Made by a program: the position numbers and the translations under genes | Shown: positions 24,085 through 31,038 of the stretch, piece after piece | How positions within the stretch are numbered: the stretch's first letter is position 1 | Layout: each line of letters begins with the position of its first letter | From: Dubosiella newyorkensis | Lineage (GTDB): Bacteria > Bacillota_I > Bacilli_A > Erysipelotrichales > Erysipelotrichaceae | NCBI RefSeq assembly: GCF_001945605.1 | Contig: NZ_MPKA01000056.1 | Span: 1-32,000 of the forward strand | Direction: 5' to 3' | DNA: 32,000 nt | Notes under the pieces: generated by a model | The model's input: only the letters and a program-made list of their open reading frames with translations | What the model was told of the DNA's origin: nothing | The model's database searches: none

Positions 24085-26202
24085 ATGCAAGAAATTTTAA
24101 AAATACTTACAAACGATCTAGGTCTTCCATCCAAAAACATTCAAGCCGTGCTCGATCTTCTTCAAGAAGGAGCAACGATTCCCTTTATCGCCCGGTATCG
24201 AAAAGAAAAAACAGGCAATATGAATGAAGATCAAATCAAAGAGATCGAGTCTCAATTCTCATATCAAAATAATCTCATGCAACGAAAAGAAGACGTGATC
24301 CGATTGATCGAAGAAAAAGGCCTGCTCAACGAAGAGCTTAGATCGAAGATCCTGAACGCAAGAAAACTCGTCGAAGTGGAAGATCTTTATCGTCCCTATA
24401 AAGAAAAGAAGAAAACAAAAGCTTCCGAAGCGATCGCGAAAGGATTGTTGCCTCTTGCTGAAGCGATCCTTTCTCAAAAACAAACATCTTTAAAAGATCT
24501 GGTTTTTGCTTATTCAAAACTGCCAGCAGAAGAAGCGTTGGAAGGTGCCGGCTACATCATCGCGGAAAAAATCAGCGAAGACGCCGATCTTAGAGCTTGG
24601 ATCCGAGATCAGATCTTAAAATATGGCTCGATCGCCTCTAAGATCAAAAAAGACGCCGAAGATCCAAAGCATACCTATGAGATCTACTACGATTTTTCTT
24701 GCCGTCTTAAGCGGCTAAAACACTTCCAAACGCTCGCCTTGAATCGAGGAGAAAAAGAAAAGATCTTGAATGTGCACCTTGAATATGATCTTGATTCGAT
24801 CCAACGCTATGCCAGCCAACGCTGGATCCGTTCTTCTTCCACTGCCCAACCGTTTTTGCAGGACGCGATCAAAGATGCGCTCAAACGATTGATCTTGCGA
24901 AGCATCCAGCGCGAGATCCGCTCTATGCTTTCAGAAGAAGCGGATGATAAAGCGATCCAAACGTTCTCGATCAACTTGGAACATCTGCTGTTGACCCGTC
25001 CTTTCAAAAAAGCAAGAGTGCTCGGATTTGATCCCGCTTTTCGTACTGGGTGCAAGCTTGCGGTGCTCGATGAGAATGGAAATGTCTTGGCGATCGATGT
25101 GATCTATCCAACCGCGCCGCATAACGATTTTGAAGGCTCAAAAAAGAAGATCGTCTCTTTATTGAAAAAATATAATGTTGACTTGATCGCCATTGGCAAT
25201 GGGACTGCCTCAAGAGAATCAGAACGCTTCGTTTCAACGGTATTGAAGGAATTCCCTTCGGTCAAATATGTGATCGTCTCTGAAGCGGGCGCCAGCGTAT
25301 ATTCCGCCTCGAAGCTTGCGCAAGAAGAATTTCCCGATCTGAGTGTCGAAAAGCGTAGCGCCATCTCGATTGGAAGAAGGATCCAAGATCCTTTGAGCGA
25401 GCTTGTCAAGATCGAGCCTAAATCGATTGGTGTGGGCGAGTACCAGCACGATGTGAATCAAAAAAAGCTTCAAGAGATGCTAGACTTTACGACCCAAAAG
25501 ATCGTCAATCAAGTGGGGGTTCCGATCAATACCGCCTCGAAAAGCATTCTTTCTTATGTTTCTGGATTGAACAAGCGCGCCATCAACGCCTTGTACGCAT
25601 ATAAAGAGAAGACGCCAATTACATCTAGAAAACAGATCCGAGAGATCCGAGGGATCAGCGATACCACCTATGAACAGTGTGTTGGCTTTTTGCGGATCCC
25701 AGAAAGCGAGAATATATTGGACCGTACAGGAATCCATCCGGAAAGCTACGCTCTTACCCAAGAGCTATTGGACCGCTTAGGTCTTGATTTAAAAGACCGC
25801 CAAGAACGGCACTTTTTAAGAAAGCTAGCGATCGCCAATATCGATCAGCTAGCCCTCGACCTAAAAAGCGATCCGTATACGATCCAAGATATCATCAAGG
25901 AACTCAGCCACCCTGGACGGGATGTTCGAGAGACATTGGAAGCTCCTCTCCTTAAGTCGGGAATCCTAGAGCTTAAAGATCTTACGATCGGTATGAAGCT
26001 CGAAGGAACTGTCCGCAACGTTGTCAGCTTTGGCGCTTTTGTCGATATTGGCCTCCATGAGGATGGCTTAGTCCATATATCAAAACTGGCTGATCGTTTC
26101 GTATCGGATCCCAATGAGATCGTCCATGTCGGTGATATCGTCAGTTGTACAGTGATCGGGATCGATCCAATAAAAGAAAGGGTGCAGCTGTCGCTTCTAT
26201 GA
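24085..26202 (+). CDS. tex: Tex family transcription accessory protein (YqgF/HhH/S1 domains)
   Basis: The N-terminus LLQEGATIPFIARYRKEKTGNM is the Tex signature. C-terminal S1 domain GMKLEGTVRNVVSFGAFVDIG. ATG 24085 fits the conserved N-terminus. The track start is 24040. Confidence 0.9.
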   Translation: MQEILKILTNDLGLPSKNIQAVLDLLQEGATIPFIARYRKEKTGNMNEDQIKEIESQFSYQNNLMQRKEDVIRLIEEKGLLNEELRSKILNARKLVEVEDLYRPYKEKKKTKASEAIAKGLLPLAEAILSQKQTSLKDLVFAYSKLPAEEALEGAGYIIAEKISEDADLRAWIRDQILKYGSIASKIKKDAEDPKHTYEIYYDFSCRLKRLKHFQTLALNRGEKEKILNVHLEYDLDSIQRYASQRWIRSSSTAQPFLQDAIKDALKRLILRSIQREIRSMLSEEADDKAIQTFSINLEHLLLTRPFKKARVLGFDPAFRTGCKLAVLDENGNVLAIDVIYPTAPHNDFEGSKKKIVSLLKKYNVDLIAIGNGTASRESERFVSTVLKEFPSVKYVIVSEAGASVYSASKLAQEEFPDLSVEKRSAISIGRRIQDPLSELVKIEPKSIGVGEYQHDVNQKKLQEMLDFTTQKIVNQVGVPINTASKSILSYVSGLNKRAINALYAYKEKTPITSRKQIREIRGISDTTYEQCVGFLRIPESENILDRTGIHPESYALTQELLDRLGLDLKDRQERHFLRKLAIANIDQLALDLKSDPYTIQDIIKELSHPGRDVRETLEAPLLKSGILELKDLTIGMKLEGTVRNVVSFGAFVDIGLHEDGLVHISKLADRFVSDPNEIVHVGDIVSCTVIGIDPIKERVQLSLL

Positions 26203-27110
26203 TTTCAGTGATTGAAAAAACAAGCACCTATCTTCTTTTTATCATGTTTGGATATGCATTTAAATATTTTAATATCTTAGATAAAGACGATGCCAACAAG
26301 CTAGGCAAAATCATCGTTTTGGTGACTTTACCAGCCGCGCTGATCAAGAACGCGGATTCGATCGTGATCCAAAAAGAAACGCTCCTTCTTGCTTCTCTTG
26401 GGATCGTGACGAATATGTTCGGACTTCTCACAGGTTTTTTCTTGAATCATCGCGAACGGAGCGCTAAAACAGCGGCCATCATGCTTTCGACTGCTTCCTA
26501 TAATATTGGTAATTTCGTATTGCCTTTTGTTGAAATGTTTTTTGGGGGTGTGGGCGTTGGTTATTTGTGTATGTTTGATTGCGGAAACGCTTTAATGGGT
26601 CTTGGACTAAATTTAGTGGCCGCTCAATCAGTATCGATGAAAACGATGCGAGTTTCATTGCGATCTATCCTAAAGACTTTGTTAAAGAGCGCTCCTTTTG
26701 TCACTTATGTGCTCTTGTTCGTTTTCGCTTTTTTGAACCTTTCTGTTCCCTCATATATCATGGATATAGCGAATGTGGCTGGTGGAGCGAACTCGTTTTT
26801 GTCGATGTTCATGATCGGCCTTCTGATTCGTTTGGATCTGCCGAAAGAAAAGCTGAAGGCCATCTATAAAACCGTATGGGCCCGTACACTGCTGAATACT
26901 GCTTTGATCGTTTTGATCTTGTTTTTTATGCCGATCCCTGCAACAGCTCGGATCGTCACAGCGCTATGTATCGCAAGTCCTGTTGGTTCGATCTCGCCGA
27001 TTTATGCGTTGCAATGTGGGTATAAAGGCGATCTTGTTGGAATGGCTAGCTCCCTTTCTATCTTCGTTTCTATTGTCCAGATCCTTGCGATCCTTATTAT
27101 TTTTGCTTAA
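26199..27110 (+). CDS. AEC (auxin efflux carrier) family membrane transporter
   Basis: About 303 aa and polytopic. N-terminus LLFIMFGYAFKYFNILDKDDANKLGKIIVLVTLPAALI, typical of the Mem_trans family. ATGA overlap with the tex stop. The track start is 26145. Confidence 0.75.
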   Translation: MISVIEKTSTYLLFIMFGYAFKYFNILDKDDANKLGKIIVLVTLPAALIKNADSIVIQKETLLLASLGIVTNMFGLLTGFFLNHRERSAKTAAIMLSTASYNIGNFVLPFVEMFFGGVGVGYLCMFDCGNALMGLGLNLVAAQSVSMKTMRVSLRSILKTLLKSAPFVTYVLLFVFAFLNLSVPSYIMDIANVAGGANSFLSMFMIGLLIRLDLPKEKLKAIYKTVWARTLLNTALIVLILFFMPIPATARIVTALCIASPVGSISPIYALQCGYKGDLVGMASSLSIFVSIVQILAILIIFA

Positions 27111-27116
27111 AAACAA

Positions 27117-27150
27117 CGAAAAGCCTGCCTAAGCAGACTTTTCTTTTTTT
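27117..27150. terminator. Bidirectional intrinsic terminator between the AEC gene and the topoisomerase gene
   Basis: AAGCCTGC-ctaa-GCAGACTT hairpin with one mismatch (a G-U pair on the minus strand), followed by a T-run. Overlaps the topoisomerase stop codon. Confidence 0.6.
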
Positions 27151-29408
27151 TCTTGTTTTTTAGTTTTTGTGGCTCGTGGTTTCTTTTCGAATTCGAGGAT
27201 CTTGAAGCCAAAAAAGAAATGGCCTAAAAACACTTGATCTTGAAGACGGCCTTTTGCTTTGAACGGTTTTCCTTTTTTAGAAATGAATTCACACTCGATC
27301 TCTTCGCCATTCAAAAGGCGTTCCACTTCTTCATCGCTGAAACGATGTTGCGAGAATACGCGTTTGAATTTGACGTTCTTTCCATTCCAGACACCGGTCG
27401 CATATTCCGTGTCATCTACGATCGGGGTTCCATCTAAATTGAAATATTGTTCTGGCTTGAAGCCATAAAACTTCCGTTTTTTATACGTTTGCGCTTCGAG
27501 CTTTCCTCGGGCCTTGACTTCTTTGCCCGCTTTGTTCGTGAATTGGATCTCGATCTCTTCGCCATTCTTGAGCGCTTCGATCTGTTCAGGCGTAAAGCTC
27601 GTTCCAGAGAATTCTTTTTTGAATTCGACTTCTTTTCCATCGATCACCGCTTTTTCATAATCATCTGGATTTCGTTCGTATGTTTTATGGACGATCTTTT
27701 TCCCATTTTTATTCATTTGATCGAGGTCTTCCAAAACAAGCTGCTCCATTTGGTCTAAAAACGCGTTTGGATCGGATTTCCCTTGACCGACTTCATGCAT
27801 TTGTTTGACGAGCTGTTCGGTCATTTTTAAATCGCCAATATTGGTTCCAGCTAAAAGCTGATACGACATTTGACCATAATCGCTCATCGATAATTTCCCG
27901 CGATTCTCAACGAGAAGCGGAAAGCGCGTATTCGCGTTGGTCACGTCCGCATAAATGCTTGTACGAGTAGCACCTGTACCTACTTCCCGTTTCGCGAGCT
28001 GCTTCATGAGCCATTTCATCGTTGGAGCCACCGGTTTTGGAGGGAAGCCTTCATAAGTGAATGGCGCTGCTTCCTTTCCAAGCTTTTTCGTATTTTCGTC
28101 TTGTTCTTCGGCATCCGAATCATACACAGCTTTCCAGCCTTTTTTCTTCGGGATGTTCGCTATCGCTTTATAGTTCGGATACTTTTCGAGATGTCCTTTT
28201 TGCTGCTCGTATTCATAGTCTTCGGCGAGCATCGCTAAAAAGTTCTTCGCAAGCAGCTTATAGATCTTCTCGGCGCCTGGTCCATATTTTCGCAAACTCT
28301 CTAAGGAAGCAGGTACATTCGGGCCTGGTCGATTGGCCCCATGGGCTCCTTTCGGTTTAACGTGGCTCGCTCTTGATTTTCGATAGGTCAAGAGTTCTTT
28401 TTTTACGCCAACTAGGTCCGCGATCGCATCCGCTAAAGGAAGGAGTTCTTGGAATTGCTCTGGGGTAATATTCTTATCTTCCGTTCTTGGATAAGAAACG
28501 ATTTGATCTTCATACATCTTTTGGTAGGTCGATAAGACAGTTCTCGCTTTCAAGCCTTGAGAAGAGAGCTGTGCTGAAAGGCCAGCTAAGTCGAGCAGCT
28601 GAGGGGGTTTTGTCTTTTTCATCGTCGTCGAATCAACGATGACAGCGCTATTTTCCAAATCGATATCAACTTCTTCAGGTGTCTTGAATTTCTCGGCTTT
28701 TGAATTAGAGAATACATTTCCGTTTTCGTCTTTGAAGCGAAGTTCATAAAAGGGTTCTTTTTTGTAGCTTTCCACTTTCTTCAGCTGGTCGCCGACCATT
28801 TTGACCATCGCGGATTTGAGCCTGCCTTGCCTAAGAACGGACTTTCCGTCACCATTGGCTGTGGCAATCCTAGTGAACTGCATGGATAAATAGTCCCATT
28901 TTGAGCGGAAATCTGCTTTGACATAATCTAAGTCGGTTTCTTTATTTTCAAGCGGTTTACGCTCTTTAAACGCCTTTTGGATCGAAGATTTGCTTTCGTC
29001 GACAAAATACATTCTCGAAATTTTTTTTGGCTTGAGATTCAAGCCATCGATGATTTCCCACGCGAGAAGCTCTCCTTCTCCAGAAGGGTCATCGTCGGTC
29101 GCAATGATCAATTCTTCACAATCACTTAGATCCTTTTTTATTTGTTTGAGGATGTCAGACGCTTCTTTCGTTTGTTTCTTCTTCCATTCGAAATCTTCGC
29201 GTTTCCAAGGAAGATGCTCTGTCTTCCAGGATCTATATTTCTTTTTCAGATCGTCTTGGACTTGTTCATATGGATCATAAAGTTCATAGAGATGTCCGCG
29301 GGCATGAGTGATCCTATAGTGTTCTCCGTTATATGTTCCTTCTTTTCCACCAAGCGCTTTGGCGAAGTTGTTCGCTGCGCTTGCTTTCTCTGTTAAAATT
29401 CCAATCAT
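27129..29408 (-). CDS. Divergent type IA DNA topoisomerase (Topo III-like) with two C-terminal Toprim_Crpt-type repeats
   Basis: Toprim motifs ILTEKAS and IIATDDDPSGEGE. Active-site Tyr motif VSYPRTED (Y306). AHGANRP corresponds to AHEAIRP/AHHAIIP. Two homologous modules of about 70 aa lie at residues about 583-652 and 668-740. Confidence 0.8.
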   Translation of the reverse strand: MIGILTEKASAANNFAKALGGKEGTYNGEHYRITHARGHLYELYDPYEQVQDDLKKKYRSWKTEHLPWKREDFEWKKKQTKEASDILKQIKKDLSDCEELIIATDDDPSGEGELLAWEIIDGLNLKPKKISRMYFVDESKSSIQKAFKERKPLENKETDLDYVKADFRSKWDYLSMQFTRIATANGDGKSVLRQGRLKSAMVKMVGDQLKKVESYKKEPFYELRFKDENGNVFSNSKAEKFKTPEEVDIDLENSAVIVDSTTMKKTKPPQLLDLAGLSAQLSSQGLKARTVLSTYQKMYEDQIVSYPRTEDKNITPEQFQELLPLADAIADLVGVKKELLTYRKSRASHVKPKGAHGANRPGPNVPASLESLRKYGPGAEKIYKLLAKNFLAMLAEDYEYEQQKGHLEKYPNYKAIANIPKKKGWKAVYDSDAEEQDENTKKLGKEAAPFTYEGFPPKPVAPTMKWLMKQLAKREVGTGATRTSIYADVTNANTRFPLLVENRGKLSMSDYGQMSYQLLAGTNIGDLKMTEQLVKQMHEVGQGKSDPNAFLDQMEQLVLEDLDQMNKNGKKIVHKTYERNPDDYEKAVIDGKEVEFKKEFSGTSFTPEQIEALKNGEEIEIQFTNKAGKEVKARGKLEAQTYKKRKFYGFKPEQYFNLDGTPIVDDTEYATGVWNGKNVKFKRVFSQHRFSDEEVERLLNGEEIECEFISKKGKPFKAKGRLQDQVFLGHFFFGFKILEFEKKPRATKTKKQEKKEKSA
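27189..27662 (-). repeat. Two tandem coding repeats (C-terminal topoisomerase repeat modules)
   Basis: GKEVEFKKEFSGTSFTPEQIEALKNGEEIEIQFTNKAGKEVKARGKLE aligns with GKNVKFKRVFSQHRFSDEEVERLLNGEEIECEFISKKGKPFKAKGRLQ. Confidence 0.75.
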
Positions 29409-29481
29409 ACCGTTAGTCTATCAGAAAAATAAAAACAAGCAAAAGAAAAACTTTTCTACTTGATGAAAAATCGCATAAAAC

Positions 29482-29511
29482 AAAAAAAAACACCGCTCAA
29501 TTACGGTGTTT
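29482..29511 (-). terminator. Intrinsic terminator after rplT
   Basis: The minus strand reads AACACCG-taattgag-CGGTGTT followed by a run of nine T residues. Confidence 0.85.
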
Positions 29512-29523
29512 GATTGGTTTCGA

Positions 29524-29886
29524 TTACGCGTTTGCGATCGCGTTTTTTGCTTCTTCGCAAATTTTTGCGAACGATTCAGCATCGTGGATCGCCATTTCAG
29601 AAAGCATCTTTCTGTTGATTTCCACGTTCGCAAGCTTTAATCCATGCATAAGACGCGAATAAGAAAGATCATGCATATGCGCAGCTGCGTTGATACGAGT
29701 GATCCAGATCTTGCGCATATTTCCTTTCAATTTGCGACGGTCATTGTACGCATACTTGAATGAATGCATGACTTGCTCATTGGCAGTTTTATAAAGAGTA
29801 TGTTTCGAACCAAAATACCCTTTTGCTAGCTTTAATATCTTTTTTCTTCTTCTGCGGCTTACAGTACCACCTTTAACTCTTGCCAT
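29524..29886 (-). CDS. rplT: 50S ribosomal protein L20
   Basis: [29 protein letters not shown] is the canonical L20 N-terminus. Confidence 0.97.
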   Translation of the reverse strand: MARVKGGTVSRRRRKKILKLAKGYFGSKHTLYKTANEQVMHSFKYAYNDRRKLKGNMRKIWITRINAAAHMHDLSYSRLMHGLKLANVEINRKMLSEMAIHDAESFAKICEEAKNAIANA

Positions 29887-29906
29887 TGTGTGTTCCTCCC
29901 TTTATA

Positions 29907-30098
29907 TTACTTCAACATTTCCTTGATACGTTTGTAGTCAGTGCTGCTCAGCAATCCTGGTTTCGCCAAATGACGACGTTGTTTCTTCGTTTTACCGTGG
30001 AAACGATGAGACGTGTAAGCATGGGATCTCTTAACTTTTCCCGATCCTGTGATCTTAACGCGCTTAGCTAATCCTCTATGACTTTTTTGTTTAGGCAT
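29907..30098 (-). CDS. rpmI: 50S ribosomal protein L35
   Basis: [33 protein letters not shown] is canonical L35. Confidence 0.97.
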   Translation of the reverse strand: MPKQKSHRGLAKRVKITGSGKVKRSHAYTSHRFHGKTKKQRRHLAKPGLLSSTDYKRIKEMLK

Positions 30099-30119
30099 AC
30101 TTAATTCCTCCTACCCTTC

Positions 30120-30659
30120 TTATTTCTTTTTTGGCGCCAACACCGTGGACATGGTGTTTCCTTCAAGCGATGGTCTTTTTTCGATCGCTGCGATGTCTTT
30201 CACTTCATCCAAGAATTGATTCATGATTTGTTTTCCAACTTCTTGGCGAGTCATCATGCGTCCGCGGAATCTCATATCAATCTTTACTTTCATGCCCGAC
30301 TCGATCCATTTTTTCGTTTGACGAACTTTCGTTTCAAAATCATGCGTATCGATGATCGGCGATAAACGTAGAGCTTTGATTTCAACGGTATGTTGTTTAC
30401 GTTTCGCTTCCTTCGCTTTTTTCTGCTGTTCAAAATGGTAACGGCCATAATCTAAGATCTTACATACAGCCGGACGAGCCTTAGGAGCTACACACAATAA
30501 ATCGAGATTTTGACGATACGCGATGTCCAATGCTTCTCTCTTTGATAAAACTCCTAACTGTTTTCCATCCGAATCAATGACAAGAAGTTCTCTAAACGGG
30601 ATTTTTTCGTTAAAAAGATCATCATTGACATTGTTTGGGGCAACTTTTCTGTTATTGAT
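30120..30659 (-). CDS. infC: Translation initiation factor IF-3, probable non-AUG (ATC) start
   Basis: The track ORF (TTG 30530) lacks the conserved N-domain. The in-frame upstream sequence encodes ...NEKIPFRELLVIDSDGKQLGVLSKREAL. No ATG/GTG/TTG lies between the in-frame stop (30669-30671) and 30530. ATC at 30659 sits 8 nt after AAAGGTAGG. Confidence 0.8.
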   Translation of the reverse strand: MNNRKVAPNNVNDDLFNEKIPFRELLVIDSDGKQLGVLSKREALDIAYRQNLDLLCVAPKARPAVCKILDYGRYHFEQQKKAKEAKRKQHTVEIKALRLSPIIDTHDFETKVRQTKKWIESGMKVKIDMRFRGRMMTRQEVGKQIMNQFLDEVKDIAAIEKRPSLEGNTMSTVLAPKKK

Positions 30660-30676
30660 ATACGATACCTACCTTT

Positions 30677-30711
30677 CATAAAAAGAAAATGGGTACACAA
30701 AGGCACCCATT
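30677..30711 (-). terminator. Attenuator terminator inside the infC leader
   Basis: The minus strand reads AAUGGGUGC-cuuugu-GUACCCAUU (9 bp including one G-U) running into UUUUCUUUUUAU, just upstream of the infC RBS. Confidence 0.65.
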
Positions 30712-30806
30712 GATTTACGTTCAAATCGAAAACGAATTGGCCATTGACCCATATATCTATCATATATCGGGTGAGAAGGGGTGCTTCTATCTTTCCATTT
30801 CTTTAC
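30677..30806 (-). promoter_or_regulatory. infC-rpmI-rplT leader RNA, L20-leader-like transcription attenuator
   Basis: Leader of about 130 nt between the promoter and infC. It contains hairpins (AGAAG/CUUCU; ACCCGAUAUAU/AUAUAUGGGU), a GCACCC segment complementary to the terminator 5' arm (antiterminator option), and the terminator itself. Confidence 0.5.
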
Positions 30807-30812
30807 TTTACG

Positions 30813-30841
30813 ACTATACCACAATCCCAAAGAGGATGCAA
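30813..30841 (-). promoter_or_regulatory. Candidate infC operon promoter
   Basis: The minus strand reads TTGCAT (30841-30836), a 17-nt spacer, then TGgTATAGT (-10 at 30818-30813). Confidence 0.55.
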
Positions 30842-30849
30842 TAGGAAAA

Positions 30850-30876
30850 CAAAAAAAAGAACCATGCCTGGTTCTT
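30850..30876 (-). terminator. Intrinsic terminator after tRNA-Lys
   Basis: The minus strand reads AGAACCA-ggca-TGGTTCT followed by a run of eight T residues. Confidence 0.8.
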
Positions 30877-30888
30877 CGATTTCAAAAA

Positions 30889-30964
30889 TGGTGGACCCTT
30901 AGGGATTCGAACCCTAGACCCACTGATTAAGAGTCAGTTGCTCTGCCAACTGAGCTAAGGGTCC
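30889..30964 (-). tRNA. tRNA-Lys (anticodon CTT), CCA encoded
   Basis: The reverse complement is GGACCCTTAGCTCAGTTGGCAGAGCAACTGACTCTTAATCAGTGGGTCTAGGGTTCGAATCCCTAAGGGTCCACCA. It folds by hand into a 76-nt cloverleaf: 7-bp acceptor stem, anticodon stem ACTGA/TCAGT, loop CTCTTAA, T-loop TTCGAAT. Confidence 0.93.
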
Positions 30965-31010
30965 TTGATTTGCTTAGAAATAATAACATAGATAAGGATC
31001 AGAAACAAGA

Positions 31011-31036
31011 TAAAAAGAGCGAAAAATTCGCTCTTT
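31011..31036 (-). terminator. Intrinsic terminator after the CHAP-domain gene
   Basis: The minus strand reads AGAGCGAA-ttt-TTCGCTCT followed by TTTTTA, 3 nt after the stop codon. Confidence 0.8.
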
Positions 31037-31038
31037 CT

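Noticed and set aside
29421-29633. 70-aa minus-strand ORF overlapping the rplT 3' end and its terminator
   Set aside because: It is out of frame with the unambiguous L20 gene and crosses its intrinsic terminator.
30554-30763. 69-aa minus-strand ORF upstream of the track's infC
   Set aside because: It is out of frame over the true infC N-terminal coding region and the attenuator leader. It disappears once infC is extended to the ATC start.
30889-30964. tRNA-Lys as an integration site marking a genomic island or prophage
   Set aside because: The window contains no integrase, no duplicated copy of the tRNA 3' end (att-like direct repeat), and housekeeping genes on the left side. The right side cannot be assessed.
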